Part shown: positions 52,593-63,837 of the stretch, in pieces
Position numbering within the stretch: the stretch's first letter is position 1
Layout of the letters: every line of letters starts with the position of its first letter
Assembly: GCA_040183005.1 (NCBI GenBank)
Contig: JAMPIW010000007.1
Coordinates: forward strand, 1,246,188 to 1,310,187
Direction: 5' to 3'
Length of the DNA stretch: 64,000 nucleotides
Origin: Gammaproteobacteria bacterium
Lineage (GTDB): Bacteria > Pseudomonadota > Gammaproteobacteria > Ga0077554 > Ga007554
The notes under the pieces: generated by a model
Told to the model about the DNA's origin: nothing
The model's input: only the letters and a program-made list of their open reading frames with translations
The model's database searches: none
Position numbers and translations under genes: made by a program

Positions 52593-53669
52593 CTAAGAAC
52601 CGCCATTCCCGGCGTCATAGATCCGGCTATGCATATAACGCTCATGCGCATGGCGCAGCAACACCATGACCACGGCGGCGAACGGCAGCGCCAGCAGGAT
52701 ACCGAAAAAGCCGAACAACTGCCCGCCCGCCATGACGGCAAAGATCACCATTACCGGGTGTAGGCCGATACGGTCTCCGACCAGCAACGGCGTAAGCACC
52801 ATACCTTCCAGCATCTGCCCCACGCCAAACACCGCCAACACCAGCAATAGATGGAACAGATCCTGATACTGGACAAGGGCGGCAATGCTCGCCGCCAGCA
52901 GGCCAATGGCAAACCCAAGATAAGGAACGAAACTGAGCAGCCCCGCCGCCATGCCGATCAGCAGGGCAACATCCAGGCCGACCATCCACAGACCAATGGA
53001 ATAGATCGTCCCCAGCGCCAGCATAACCATGATCTGCCCACGCAAAAACGCCCCCAGCATCTCATCGCATTGACGCGCCAAACGGGTTACAACCGGCTCT
53101 GCGGTGCGCGGCAACAACTCCTGGATGCGGGCCACAAGCACATCCCAATCACGCAGCAGGTAAAAGGTCACCACCGGGATCAGCAGCAGATTCACGAGCC
53201 AGCCCAGCAGCGTCAAACCGGAACGGGTGACGGAGGCCATCGCCCCCGCCACCACTCCACCGGCGGTTTGCCAGTGATCGGCAATGGCCTGTTTCAAGGT
53301 ATCCAGATCCAGGGAGTGTTCCTGAAGCTGCAATTTCGTCTGCAACCAGGGCAACGCAGTATATTGCAGCCAGTCGACATAGCCAGGCAGCTTGCTTATC
53401 AATATCTCGATCTGATGCGCCAGCAACGGCAGACCGATCAGCAATAGCAGCAGCAACAGCGCCAACAGTCCGGCCAAGACGAGCACGACCGCCATGGTGC
53501 GGGATAATCCCAGCTTTTCAAGGCGGTCGGCAAGCGGGTCCATGGCATAGGCCAGCAGGGCCGCGACAAGAAATGGCGTAAGCACCGGCGCCAGCAGGTA
53601 CAACAGCGCGCCAACAGCTGCGACACCTAATAGCGTCAGCCACTTTTGAGAATCAGTCAGCGACGGCAT
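52593..53669 (-). CDS. AI-2E family transporter (PerM/UPF0118)
   Basis: 358 aa, ~8 TM segments. Confidence 0.8.
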   Translation of the reverse strand: MPSLTDSQKWLTLLGVAAVGALLYLLAPVLTPFLVAALLAYAMDPLADRLEKLGLSRTMAVVLVLAGLLALLLLLLLIGLPLLAHQIEILISKLPGYVDWLQYTALPWLQTKLQLQEHSLDLDTLKQAIADHWQTAGGVVAGAMASVTRSGLTLLGWLVNLLLIPVVTFYLLRDWDVLVARIQELLPRTAEPVVTRLARQCDEMLGAFLRGQIMVMLALGTIYSIGLWMVGLDVALLIGMAAGLLSFVPYLGFAIGLLAASIAALVQYQDLFHLLLVLAVFGVGQMLEGMVLTPLLVGDRIGLHPVMVIFAVMAGGQLFGFFGILLALPFAAVVMVLLRHAHERYMHSRIYDAGNGGS

Positions 53670-53698
53670 TTATTCTCTATTTCTTATCAATGATAATG

Positions 53699-54262
53699 TT
53701 ATCTGCAATGCCGGTCCGAGCGTCCGCGCATCGCACGAAGGGTCCAGGTTCTAAAATAATCCAGCCCGCTCAATACGGTCGTCGCCAGAACAAAATAAAT
53801 CATGCCAGTGATAGCCCACGAAGGCAACGGTATCACGCTCAACGACATTACCAGCGCAAGCACCAGCACAATCTGGGCGAGGGTATTGATCTTGCTCACC
53901 AGGGTAGGTGCCATTTCAACATGGCCAATCAGATAGTGATAGGCAATGGCGCCAAACAGAATCAGCGCGTCGCGGACAATCACGGCAGCCACCAGCCACA
54001 CCGGAATGATGCCCAGCCAACCCAATACCAGATACGACGACACCAGCAGCAGCTTGTCGGCGAGCGGATCCAGAATGGAGCCCAGACGGCTGGTCCAATG
54101 GAAATGCTTGGCGAGATAGCCATCCAGCGCATCCGACGCCCCCGCCACGGCGAACAGTAGCAACGCCTCGGCAAAGCGCTCCCGCATGAGTAGCCACACC
54201 ACCAGCGGCACGAGCAGTATGCGCGCCATGCTGATGATGTTCGGGATGTCGCGACGGTTCAT
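53699..54262 (-). CDS. pgsA: CDP-alcohol phosphatidyltransferase, probably CDP-diacylglycerol--glycerol-3-phosphate 3-phosphatidyltransferase
   Basis: DALDGYLAKHFHWTSRLGSILDPLADK matches the D(x)2DG(x)2AR...G(x)3D(x)3D motif; 187 aa. Confidence 0.75.
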   Translation of the reverse strand: MNRRDIPNIISMARILLVPLVVWLLMRERFAEALLLFAVAGASDALDGYLAKHFHWTSRLGSILDPLADKLLLVSSYLVLGWLGIIPVWLVAAVIVRDALILFGAIAYHYLIGHVEMAPTLVSKINTLAQIVLVLALVMSLSVIPLPSWAITGMIYFVLATTVLSGLDYFRTWTLRAMRGRSDRHCR

Positions 54263-55392
54263 GGCAATAAGATGTATTTCAACTCCGACGCAGCGGGATC
54301 AGAATTGGCGACGCTCAGGATGCTGCCTAAAGCAATGCTTTGAGCAAGACCCGAATCGCTGCTGCGGGTCAATACACGGAATGTTACGCTGTCTGCTTTC
54401 ACACGCACCACCGCTGCCTCCGTCACACCGGCCAGCGACTGCAAATAATTCATGGTCCGTGCATAATCATCGAGCGTAGTGATATTTGTCACCGTCATCA
54501 ATACACTGGTGGCGGCAGCATCGCTCAACACCTGGGCAAACCTTTTGGCCAGCTCATCCGCCGCACCATCGATACCCGCCTCAAGCACATCCTGCGGCGC
54601 ACTGGCGACGCTCTCCCAGTTGACGGCCTCCCCGCCGCCTTGATAAAACGTCCAGCGCACCCGCCAGGTGCCCGAGCGGAGGCTTAACCGGCCCGCCAGC
54701 ACCGCCTCGGTCTGCCCGCGTGCTGCGGCCTTGAGCAGGGCATCCCGTGCATTACTCCAAACATCGGCAAAGCGCACGCCACCCTCTGCTTCCGCATCCT
54801 GCGGCAGGAGAACCGGCAAGCCACGGCGGCGCGCGCGGTTTTCCATAATCGACTGCAACTCGGGGCGGCTATCGCCCAGCAAAACAGTGCGCTGATCCTG
54901 TCCTTCCATCGCTAACAGGATCAATGTCGCCGGGCGCACCCGCCCCCATACCGGCAACCCGGCCTGGCGCAATGCCTGATTCACGGTAGCAGAATCAAAA
55001 CTTACCCATAATACCTGCCCCTTCGCCGCCACTGGCTTGCCGGGAGGCTGAACTGCGGAGGGAGCCACCGGAATGATCCGCGCCATATCCTCCGTCAGTG
55101 GGCGGTAGCGGTATTGCTGCGCCACCTTATCGGCGCGCTTGAACATGGGGGCCAGCGTCGGAAGCGCCGCAACTCCGCGCCGTCCCGTCACCTTCATCAG
55201 CACCTCAGCCAGCGCCGCACGTATTGCCTCGCCCTGCTCCGCCTTGCCTTGACCCACCACCTGGATCTCGGCCTCATACAGGCCTTCCACTTCGGCGGCA
55301 GACAACAAACCTGGCATAACACTACTCATCAACAGAGTAAACAGGGCAATAACCCTGATGCGCAACTGCGTTTTACAATTAGACACCCGCAT
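54259..55392 (-). CDS. DUF2066-domain periplasmic protein
   Basis: Signal peptide after the internal Met MRVSNCKTQLRIRVIALFTLLMSSVMPGLLSA. Conserved neighbourhood between purM and pgsA. Confidence 0.6.
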   Translation of the reverse strand: MRVSNCKTQLRIRVIALFTLLMSSVMPGLLSAAEVEGLYEAEIQVVGQGKAEQGEAIRAALAEVLMKVTGRRGVAALPTLAPMFKRADKVAQQYRYRPLTEDMARIIPVAPSAVQPPGKPVAAKGQVLWVSFDSATVNQALRQAGLPVWGRVRPATLILLAMEGQDQRTVLLGDSRPELQSIMENRARRRGLPVLLPQDAEAEGGVRFADVWSNARDALLKAAARGQTEAVLAGRLSLRSGTWRVRWTFYQGGGEAVNWESVASAPQDVLEAGIDGAADELAKRFAQVLSDAAATSVLMTVTNITTLDDYARTMNYLQSLAGVTEAAVVRVKADSVTFRVLTRSSDSGLAQSIALGSILSVANSDPAASELKYILLP

Positions 55393-55480
55393 CCTCAAAA
55401 AATCATGCCACTGAAAATAACCCCGCGTATAATAGTTATAATACACCTTCCCCATAGAATAAAATAATGCGATTACCCAG

Positions 55481-56545
55481 ATGAACTCGAAATCCGACAC
55501 TGCCCAACATGGAACCAGCCTGAGCTACCGCGATGCAGGCGTAGACATTGAGGCCGGCAACAACCTGGTAAAAAGAATCAAACCCATTGCAGCACGCACC
55601 ACCCGTCCCGGCGTGCTCGGCGGCCTGGGCGGCTTTGGTGCGCTGTTTGAACTGCCACTCGACCGCTATCGCAAGCCGGTACTGGTCTCCACCACCGATG
55701 GTGTCGGCACCAAGCTGAAGCTGGCGATAGAAATGGGCAAACACGACACCATCGGCATCGACCTGGTGGCGATGTGCGTCAATGATCTGGTTGTGCAGGG
55801 CGCCGAGCCACTGTTTTTCCTTGACTATTACGCCACCGGCCACCTGAGCATCGACCAGGCGGAGGATGTCATCAAGGGCATCGGCGCAGGTTGCGAACTC
55901 GCCGGTGCCGCACTGGTAGGCGGAGAGACCGCCGAAATGCCCGGCATGTACAGCCATGGTGACTATGACCTGGCAGGCTTCAGCGTCGGCGTAGTGGAAA
56001 AGGAAAACATCATCGACGGCAGCAAAGTCCAGCCCGGCGACGCATTGATCGGCATCGCCTCCAGCGGCCCGCACTCCAACGGCTATTCCCTGATCCGCAA
56101 AGTCATCGCCGTCAGCGGCGCGGATCTATCCCAGGACTTTCATGGCCGCACGCTGGGCGACACCCTTCTGGAGCCCACGCGCATCTATGTCAAGCCATTA
56201 CTCAAACTGTTTGCGCAGATCCAGGTGCATGCCCTGGCCCACATCACCGGTGGCGGACTGCTGGAAAACCTGCCGCGCGTGATGCCCGACAACACCCAGG
56301 CCGTGATCGGCAAGACTGCATGGCCACGCCTCCCCATCTTTGATTGGCTGCAGGAAAAAGGCAATATCGCGGAGCAGGAAATGTACCGTACCTTCAACTG
56401 CGGCATCGGCATGGTCGTGTGCGTGGCGGAGGCCGACGCCAACGCCACGGTGGACATACTCAATGCGCAGGGCGAAACAGCGTGGCGCATCGGTTCGATT
56501 GAAGCAGCGCAAGACGGCCTGGAGCAGGTTTTAATCCGTGCATGA
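55481..56545 (+). CDS. purM: Phosphoribosylformylglycinamidine cyclo-ligase
   Basis: 354 aa, AIR-synthase fold motifs. Confidence 0.95.
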   Translation: MNSKSDTAQHGTSLSYRDAGVDIEAGNNLVKRIKPIAARTTRPGVLGGLGGFGALFELPLDRYRKPVLVSTTDGVGTKLKLAIEMGKHDTIGIDLVAMCVNDLVVQGAEPLFFLDYYATGHLSIDQAEDVIKGIGAGCELAGAALVGGETAEMPGMYSHGDYDLAGFSVGVVEKENIIDGSKVQPGDALIGIASSGPHSNGYSLIRKVIAVSGADLSQDFHGRTLGDTLLEPTRIYVKPLLKLFAQIQVHALAHITGGGLLENLPRVMPDNTQAVIGKTAWPRLPIFDWLQEKGNIAEQEMYRTFNCGIGMVVCVAEADANATVDILNAQGETAWRIGSIEAAQDGLEQVLIRA

Positions 56546-57227
56546 TGCAAGCGCTCCGTTACCCATCGTTGTCCTGATCTCCGGCAGCGGCAGTAATCTC
56601 CAGGCGATCATCGACGCAGCCGCCCGCAAAACACCGCCCGTCGAGATTCGCGCCGTAATTAGCAACAACCCCAACGCCTTCGGCCTGGAGCGCGCCCGGC
56701 GGGCGGGCATCCCGGCACTGGTGCTTGACCACAAGACCTTCCCAGGCCGGGACGCGTTTGACACCGCGCTGCAAACGATGATCGACCGCTTCGAACCGGC
56801 ACTGGTCGTGCTCGCCGGTTTCATGCGCATCCTCGGCCCCGGATTCGTGACGCACTATCTTGGGCGTATGCTAAACATCCACCCCTCTCTGCTGCCCGCC
56901 TTGCCCGGCCTCGACACCCACAGCCGCGCACTTGGGACAGGCATGCGGGAACACGGCGCCAGCGTCCACTTTGTCACCAATGAACTGGATGGCGGACCTG
57001 TCATAGTTCAGACGCGCGTGCCGATATTACCGGATGACAACGTCAAGACACTTGCACACCGGGTACTCGAACAGGAACATCGCATCTATCCCTTGGCGAT
57101 ACACTGGTTCGCTGAAGGACGGCTGCAACTCGACCATGAGCGCAATCAAGTAGTACTTGACGGAACACGCCTAACATCGCCAGTGGACTATACCGATGCC
57201 GATAACAACCCGCACGATCCGCAATGA
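56538..57227 (+). CDS. purN: Phosphoribosylglycinamide formyltransferase
   Basis: [14 protein letters not shown] and NIHPSLLP motifs. Confidence 0.9.
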   Translation: MHDASAPLPIVVLISGSGSNLQAIIDAAARKTPPVEIRAVISNNPNAFGLERARRAGIPALVLDHKTFPGRDAFDTALQTMIDRFEPALVVLAGFMRILGPGFVTHYLGRMLNIHPSLLPALPGLDTHSRALGTGMREHGASVHFVTNELDGGPVIVQTRVPILPDDNVKTLAHRVLEQEHRIYPLAIHWFAEGRLQLDHERNQVVLDGTRLTSPVDYTDADNNPHDPQ

Positions 57228-58002
57228 TAGACACAACCGCAAGATATCTAGCCTGTGGCCCTACTTCGCAGCCTTCTTGCTGGGCATGACCCTTTATTCC
57301 ACCGCCTTTGCCGACCCTCTCCCCCTTTTCACCGCCCGTTACACCCTGAGCAAAGCAGGCATCCCGCTGGGCGAGAACATCCGCACCCTGACCAAGACCG
57401 ACGACGGAGGGTATCTTTATCAATCGGTAACCCACGCTACCGGACTGCTCGCCAAATTTGTAAAACAAGAAATCGTAGAACGCAGCGAGTGGACCTACGA
57501 AGGCGAGGGACAAAACGCGCAGCCTCGCCCACTGGAATACCTCAGCCGCCGTAGCGGGAAAAGCGACAAATGGATAAAGCAGATCTTCAACTGGGAAAAA
57601 AACACCACCACCAACATCACCAGCAGCAAATCGTGGCATACGCCACTGCGCCCAAAAATCCAGGACAAGCTCAGCTACCAGCTTGCCATCATGAACGACC
57701 TGCAAAATGGCCGAAAAACCCTGGAATACCTGATCGCGGATAGCGATAAAGTCAAGAATTACCGGTTCGTCATCCTGGGCGAAGAACAGGTCAAAACCGC
57801 CATGGGAACATTGCGCACACTAAAGATCCGGCGCACAGGCGACAGCAGAAACACCACAGTGTGGTGCGCTATCGACTTTCACTACCTGCCCGTAGTTCTG
57901 GAGCAGCACGATGACGAAGATGGCTGGCTTAAAATGCAGATCGAATCTATGCAGTTCGAGAACCAAAAACCTGAAAGCAAAAAGCAAACCCCTCCGGCCT
58001 GA
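57196..58002 (+). CDS. DUF3108-domain protein (secreted beta-barrel-like)
   Basis: Conserved position downstream of purN. N-terminal hydrophobic segment. Confidence 0.55.
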   Translation: MPITTRTIRNDRHNRKISSLWPYFAAFLLGMTLYSTAFADPLPLFTARYTLSKAGIPLGENIRTLTKTDDGGYLYQSVTHATGLLAKFVKQEIVERSEWTYEGEGQNAQPRPLEYLSRRSGKSDKWIKQIFNWEKNTTTNITSSKSWHTPLRPKIQDKLSYQLAIMNDLQNGRKTLEYLIADSDKVKNYRFVILGEEQVKTAMGTLRTLKIRRTGDSRNTTVWCAIDFHYLPVVLEQHDDEDGWLKMQIESMQFENQKPESKKQTPPA

Positions 58003-58017
58003 ACCCCGCCCAAAACA

Positions 58018-58584
58018 TCATGCCTTCGGCAGCGTCACCCCGGTCTGCCCCTGATATTTGCCGCCACGATCCTTGTACGAGGTCTCGCACACCTCGTCAG
58101 ATTCCAGAAACAACATCTGGGCGACACCTTCATTGGCATAAATCTTGGCCGGCAGGGTCGTGGTGTTGGAAAACTCCAGGGTCACATGCCCTTCCCATTC
58201 CGGCTCCAGCGGGGTCACATTGACGATGATGCCGCAGCGCGCATAGGTGGACTTACCCAGACAGATGGTCAGCACGCTGCGCGGGATGCGGAAATATTCC
58301 ACCGTGCGTGCCAGGGCAAAGGAGTTCGGCGGGATGATGCACACATCCGACTGCACATCGACAAAGCTGTTGGCATCGAAATTTTTGGGATCGACAATCG
58401 CCGAATTGATATTGGTGAAAATCTTGAATTCATCCGCACAACGGACATCGTACCCGTAGCTGGACGTGCCATAAGAAATAATCCTGCCCGCCTCGCGCTC
58501 GCGCACCTGGCCCGGCTCGAACGGCTCGATCATGCCGTGCTTATCGACCATGCGCCGGATCCATTTATCAGACTTGATACTCAT
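58018..58584 (-). CDS. dcd: dCTP deaminase
   Basis: [12 protein letters not shown]...; 188 aa. Confidence 0.95.
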   Translation of the reverse strand: MSIKSDKWIRRMVDKHGMIEPFEPGQVREREAGRIISYGTSSYGYDVRCADEFKIFTNINSAIVDPKNFDANSFVDVQSDVCIIPPNSFALARTVEYFRIPRSVLTICLGKSTYARCGIIVNVTPLEPEWEGHVTLEFSNTTTLPAKIYANEGVAQMLFLESDEVCETSYKDRGGKYQGQTGVTLPKA

Positions 58585-58653
58585 TCAACAACCTCTCGAA
58601 GTAGGGACAAGACTCCTCGCCCGCCCTAATATTATCCTGAAAATGGCGATTCA

Positions 58654-58783
58654 CCGCAGAGCGCGCAGAGAATGCAGAGGAAAAACGAGACCTTGACAAA
58701 ATATGCCAAACCACCCCCGCCAGGTGGGCACGCTTGTTACGCTAACTCCCTGAATTTCTTTGCGTCCTCTGCGTACTCTGCGG
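58654..58783. repeat. Family-1 intergenic inverted-repeat element, copy B (in inverted orientation relative to copy A)
   Basis: ccgcagagcgcgcagagaatgcagaggaaaaa ... tttctttgcgtcctctgcgtactctgcgg. The reverse complement of its centre aligns with the centre of copy A. Confidence 0.6.
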
Positions 58784-58802
58784 TTCAATAGCTTTTTTCG
58801 GA

Positions 58803-59894
58803 TTACGTGTTCTGAACCACGATATTGGGAAATTTGGCGGCGTAATCCTTCCCCCGCAACGACAGCTTGGCCGCGACGCGCCGGGCAATGTCGCGATAGA
58901 TCTGCGCAATCCTCCCGTCTGGATCGGCCACCACGGTGGGACGGCCGCCATCGGCATCTTCACGGATGCGGATATCGAGCGGCAATGACCCCAGGAAATC
59001 CACCCCATACTGCTCAGCCATTCGCTGGCCACCACCTGAACCGAATATATGTTCTTCGTGCCCGCAGTGGCTGCAAATATGCGTACTCATGTTCTCGACG
59101 ACGCCAAACACCGGCACTTCCACCTTCTCAAACATTTTCAGCCCCCGGCGCGCATCCATTAGAGCGATGTCCTGCGGCGTGGTGACGATCACCGCACCAC
59201 TCACCGGAATCTTTTGCGTGAGGGTCAGTTGCGTATCACCCGTACCCGGAGGGAGATCAACGATCAAGTAATCCAAATCCCGCCAATTGGTATCTCTCAG
59301 CAGTTGCTCCAGCGCCTGCGTAACCATCGGGCCACGCCAGATCATCGGCGCCTCGTCGTCGACAAGGTATCCTATAGACATGGACTGGATACCGTAACTC
59401 ATCAACGGCTCCATGGACTTACCGTCACGCGACTCCGGCCGGGCATGAACGCCCAACATGAGCGGCTGGCTGGGGCCATAGATATCCGCATCCAGAATCC
59501 CCACCGCCGCGCCCTCCGCCGCCAGCGCCAGCGCAAGATTCACCGCCGTCGTCGACTTACCAACACCACCCTTGCCGGACGCCACGGCTATAATATTTTT
59601 CACGCCCTTCAATGGCTTAACGCCATGCTGCACAGCATGTGTGACAATTTTAGAGGAAACACGCACCTCAGCGCTTTTCACACCGCCGACTTCCTCAATC
59701 TGCTTTTTCAGCGCGGCCGCAAGCTCCTGCTGATAGCCCTTGGCCGGATAACCCAGCAACACATCCACAGTTACCTTGCCGCCATCAATCGCAACCTGCT
59801 TCACGGCGTTTGCCGACACCAAGTCCCGTTGAAGATAAGGGTCAATGAAGGCCTTGAGCGCTGCTTCTATCTGTAATTTAGATAATTCTGCCAT
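58803..59894 (-). CDS. apbC: Fe-S cluster carrier ATPase Mrp/ApbC (NBP35 family)
   Basis: Walker A ASGKGGVGKST, CxxC (CSHCG), and an N-terminal DUF59-like region. Start at an internal Met. Confidence 0.9.
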   Translation of the reverse strand: MAELSKLQIEAALKAFIDPYLQRDLVSANAVKQVAIDGGKVTVDVLLGYPAKGYQQELAAALKKQIEEVGGVKSAEVRVSSKIVTHAVQHGVKPLKGVKNIIAVASGKGGVGKSTTAVNLALALAAEGAAVGILDADIYGPSQPLMLGVHARPESRDGKSMEPLMSYGIQSMSIGYLVDDEAPMIWRGPMVTQALEQLLRDTNWRDLDYLIVDLPPGTGDTQLTLTQKIPVSGAVIVTTPQDIALMDARRGLKMFEKVEVPVFGVVENMSTHICSHCGHEEHIFGSGGGQRMAEQYGVDFLGSLPLDIRIREDADGGRPTVVADPDGRIAQIYRDIARRVAAKLSLRGKDYAAKFPNIVVQNT

Positions 59895-60227
59895 AATCTT
59901 CCTCAGGAGAATGGATGAATAACACCTTAAATCCAACGATTCAAATGCCAAAATCCAAAATAATACATAATTACGATAAATATAATAATAACAGGTAGTC
60001 GGCGCCAAGTATCCAACTCACAATTGCAATCCCACCCAGCCTTTGGCCTCATGCCGTCACCTTACCTCTCGGGCGTCAAAAACATGGCAACCCAAAAAAG
60101 ACACGCCTAACTCTTGAGATAGCCTGCCTTTTATGATATATACATATCATCCCTGATGAATGCGTTAAATAGACATTTTCAGCTTGACTAATCACACCAA
60201 ACTTTTAGGAATTAACAAGGACTGCCG

Positions 60228-61121
60228 ATGGATATAATGCCAAGATACCTGCTGCCAGTCCTTGCCGCCCTCTTCATTTTTATGCTTGGCATAAAAGAAG
60301 GCGCGGCCGAATTTGCGCTCAATTTTCAGCCGAGTCCCAGCCTATCGCCCACTCCTGGCATCATCAACCTCAGCTGTAACCGGGGGGGAGTGGATGTAGG
60401 CTGCGTTCATGGCACTACGGCAGACCCACAGAAGACACCTTTCTTAAGCGAACTCGTCAGAGAAGGCACTACTGACTATTGGCACCAAATCATAGGCGAC
60501 CCCACTAAAGGCTTCGCCCAGGAGACTTACATTAGAGTAGGAGTATGCTGCTGGCCAAATGGCCAGCCTGGCACGTCCTCTGCCGGGCTTATAGGCAATG
60601 GGGGCTTTAGCGGCCCTGGACTCGCGCCCTTGGACCCCGCTTCAGCAGGCTCCGGCTCCGGCACTGGCAACCCCCAGAGAGTACAATTGCGGATGGTGCT
60701 AAATGATGGGGGAATGGCTCAGGAATTCTTGAAAAGCACCTTCGCTACAAAGCCCAAGATCACTCAAGACATTGAAACCCCTGATATCTCCGCTCGTTTT
60801 GTTGTGGACATGAGCGCCATACCGTACACAGGCGCCGCCGCAACCTCAACACCAGCAATAGTCACCAATACGGTCAACCTACTCTCCTCTTCCTCCGGCG
60901 GGAGCTTCGACGTGGTCGCTGGAGGACAAAAAAATAATGTAACTGCAGGCAGTTTCACTTGGACTCCTGGAACAGGTTTCGGCCAAAGCAATGGCACATA
61001 TAATTACACAGACGGTAATTTCAATATAAATGCCATAGATTGGAAGGCCGCGTATGAACCAGGGATTAATACATGCTGGTCATATAAGCAAAATCCGGGC
61101 TCTGCGCCGTGTACACCTTGA
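60228..61121 (+). CDS. Secreted Gly/Ser/Thr/Asn-rich protein of unknown function (signal peptide; Cys pairs)
   Basis: 297 aa. The hydrophobic N-terminus is preceded by a 300-bp AT-rich region, with low-complexity G/S/T/N stretches. Confidence 0.5.
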   Translation: MDIMPRYLLPVLAALFIFMLGIKEGAAEFALNFQPSPSLSPTPGIINLSCNRGGVDVGCVHGTTADPQKTPFLSELVREGTTDYWHQIIGDPTKGFAQETYIRVGVCCWPNGQPGTSSAGLIGNGGFSGPGLAPLDPASAGSGSGTGNPQRVQLRMVLNDGGMAQEFLKSTFATKPKITQDIETPDISARFVVDMSAIPYTGAAATSTPAIVTNTVNLLSSSSGGSFDVVAGGQKNNVTAGSFTWTPGTGFGQSNGTYNYTDGNFNINAIDWKAAYEPGINTCWSYKQNPGSAPCTP

Positions 61122-61647
61122 GCATCTAACCACCAACCAAAGCCCCATTCGCCTTTTCTGCGCTAGGACTCCCCGGCCCGTTCGCTTAAGGGCCGCCTCC
61201 CACCGACGGTCGACCAAGGCAATTTGGATCGTACCCCACCTATTAAGCTCATCTTAGCCTCTAATTTACCCCGATCTAGGACTTTTTCCTGGCCATCAGG
61301 CCATATTAGGCGCGACTTTTTCCTGCCTGACCGCATATGAGGCCGCACCCACCCCGCGTGAGATGCGACACGCTGCAGGTCTAGATTCATCATTCCAACC
61401 TGCCCCTCCTGGCCCGAATCATCCCGATGGTGCGCTCTGATGGAAGGGGGTGCCGAAGGCGTGTCAGCAGTTAACGGTGCCAGTCACAGCGACCGCTCTT
61501 GCTAGATTACCAGTAGCGCCACGGAGAGAGACAGCCGATGCCTTAGAAGATCAGCGCCAAGGCGCTGCCCCCTTCCCCAAGTCCTGGGCGACGCTGACCC
61601 ACAATTGCGGGTCAGGGAACTCCGCAATCGATTAAGATCGATTGACT

Positions 61648-62028
61648 TTACGCCACTTGGGCCGGGATGTGATTGCGGTAATGCGTGATGCGGTTGGTTT
61701 CGTCGAGGTATACCATGACGGGCCTGAAGGAAGCCAGCTCATGCTGATTTAACACCGCATAAGTGCAGATGATGACTCGATCCCCCGGTTTGGCCTTGTG
61801 CGCGGCAGCGCCGTTGACGGAGATGATGCCGCTGCCTGCTTCGGCACGGATCGCGTAGGTGGTGAAGCGCTCGCCATTGGTGATGTTGTAGATCTGGATC
61901 TGCTCGTATTCGTGAATACTCGCCGCCTCCAGCAGCGTGGCGTCAATCGCGCACGACCCTTCATACTCCAGCTCGGAGTGGGTCACGCAGGCGCGGTGCA
62001 GCTTGGACTTCAGTAGGGTGTACTGCAT
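61648..62028 (-). CDS. panD: Aspartate 1-decarboxylase
   Basis: [30 protein letters not shown] (the G-S self-cleavage site); 126 aa. Confidence 0.9.
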   Translation of the reverse strand: MQYTLLKSKLHRACVTHSELEYEGSCAIDATLLEAASIHEYEQIQIYNITNGERFTTYAIRAEAGSGIISVNGAAAHKAKPGDRVIICTYAVLNQHELASFRPVMVYLDETNRITHYRNHIPAQVA

Positions 62029-62082
62029 TTGGCAGCTCCTCTAGGCTATGCAGGATGCGTTAGTAGAGCCTAACGCACCCCA

Positions 62083-62964
62083 TTAGACTGATATTATGGG
62101 GTTTTGTTGCCGGTTTTTCAATTCTATCGGCAAGTTATCGATCAGGCGCGTCTTTCCCAGCCTGGCTGCTGCAAGAATCATCAAGGCGTGGTCCGCCACG
62201 GATGCAGGCATCAGATCCTCCGCGCGGCGCACGCTGACGTAGTCAGGATGGAAACCTGCGGCGGTCAACGCTTGCCCAGCCTCTGACTCGATCGCCGTAT
62301 AGTTGACCTCGCCGCCCTGAATCCGCTCTTTCGCCTGACATAGCACCCGGTAGATCTGGGGGGCGCGCGCCCTTTCCTCGGCGGAGAGGTAGCTGTTGCG
62401 TGAGCTCATGGCTAGCCCATCGGGCTCGCGCACGGTCGGCACGCCAACAACCGTGACGGGCAGACACAGATCCGCCACCATACGCCGGATTACCAGCAGC
62501 TGCTGGTAATCCTTTTCACCAAACAGCGCCATATCGGGCTGGACGATATTAAATAACGTATTGACCACGGTGGCGACGCCGGTAAAGTGGCCGGGGCGAG
62601 ACGCGCCGCACAGGATATCCGAGATTCCTGGCACCTCTACCCGCGTGGCACCGGCAACTCCCCTGGGATAGATCTCACCAGACTCGGGCACAAACAAAAG
62701 GTGTGCACCATTTTCGGCCAGTTTGATGCTGTCTTCGGATAATGTGCGGGGATAGGACGCAAAATCTTCATTTTCTCCAAACTGCATGGGATTCACGAAT
62801 ATGCTCACTACCACGCGGTCAGCGCGGTGCCTGGCCTGATTGACCAGATGGATATGCCCCGCATGGAGGTTGCCCATGGTGGGCACAAAGGCAATACGCT
62901 CGTCCTGGCCACGCCACAGACGAACCATGCTACGCACATCGGCAATAGCGCGAACGGTATGCAT
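62083..62964 (-). CDS. panC: Pantoate--beta-alanine ligase
   Basis: [19 protein letters not shown]-like motif; 293 aa. Confidence 0.9.
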   Translation of the reverse strand: MHTVRAIADVRSMVRLWRGQDERIAFVPTMGNLHAGHIHLVNQARHRADRVVVSIFVNPMQFGENEDFASYPRTLSEDSIKLAENGAHLLFVPESGEIYPRGVAGATRVEVPGISDILCGASRPGHFTGVATVVNTLFNIVQPDMALFGEKDYQQLLVIRRMVADLCLPVTVVGVPTVREPDGLAMSSRNSYLSAEERARAPQIYRVLCQAKERIQGGEVNYTAIESEAGQALTAAGFHPDYVSVRRAEDLMPASVADHALMILAAARLGKTRLIDNLPIELKNRQQNPIISV

Positions 62965-63776
62965 CAGTTAAAGGTGTGCTCTGGCGCGGGGAAGATGCCA
63001 TTTTTGACGGCGTGCGCGTAAGCTGCGATGGCGGCCTGCGGGGTATGATTGCCCTGCATGAAATTCTTGGAAAACTTGGGCCGTTTACCCAGCGTAATGC
63101 CCAACATGTCATACAGCACCAGCACTTGAGCATCACAGCCCGACCCCGCGCCGATGCCGATCACTGGGATTTCGCTTGCGAGGGTGATTTCCGCTGCCAG
63201 GGCAGCGGGCACGCATTCCAGCAGCAGCATATCGGCGCCTGCGGCCTGTAATGCACGAGCGTCGTCACGCATTACTTGCGCGGCGGAGGCTTCGCGCCCC
63301 TGCACCCGGTAGCCGCCCAGCTTATGTACTGATTGCGGCTGGAGTCCCAGGTGGGCGCACACTGGAATGCCGCGTTCGGTAAGCTGACACACGATGTCGG
63401 CTTGCACAGCGCCCCCCTCCAGCTTGACCATATGCGCCCCGCCTTCCTGCATCAAACGTGCAGCGTTGCGCAATGCCTGCTCCGGCGTGGCGTAGCTCAT
63501 GAATGGCATGTCCACCATCAGCAGTGCGCGGCTGCAGCCACGTGTCACACAACGACTGTGATAAACAATGTCATCGACCGTCACCGGTAGAGTGGTCTCG
63601 CGCCCCTGCACCACCATACCCAGCGAGTCTCCCACCAGAATCACCTCAACGCCTGCGTCATCTATTAGACGCGCAAAGCTGGCGTCATAGGCGGTCAGGC
63701 AGGCGAATTTTTCACCCGCGCGCCTCATATCGCGCAGAGTGTTAAGGGTGACGTGGGGTAGAGGCTGGGCATTCAT
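62964..63776 (-). CDS. panB: 3-methyl-2-oxobutanoate hydroxymethyltransferase
   Basis: [11 protein letters not shown]...[10 protein letters not shown]. Start at an internal Met. Confidence 0.9.
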   Translation of the reverse strand: MNAQPLPHVTLNTLRDMRRAGEKFACLTAYDASFARLIDDAGVEVILVGDSLGMVVQGRETTLPVTVDDIVYHSRCVTRGCSRALLMVDMPFMSYATPEQALRNAARLMQEGGAHMVKLEGGAVQADIVCQLTERGIPVCAHLGLQPQSVHKLGGYRVQGREASAAQVMRDDARALQAAGADMLLLECVPAALAAEITLASEIPVIGIGAGSGCDAQVLVLYDMLGITLGKRPKFSKNFMQGNHTPQAAIAAYAHAVKNGIFPAPEHTFN

Positions 63777-63837
63777 GACGTCATCTCCAAAAATATTCAG
63801 GCAGGGGCCACGAGCCTGTTGGCGTTTCTTCGCGGCT

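Noticed and set aside
61122-61647. RNase P RNA, tmRNA or a cobalamin riboswitch in the non-coding region near panD
   Set aside because: Only a partial AGAGCGCACC match exists. The hallmark RNase P P4 strands GGAAAGUCCGGGCUCC and ACAGAACCCGGCUUA, the tmRNA ends, and the B12 box could not be found on either strand.
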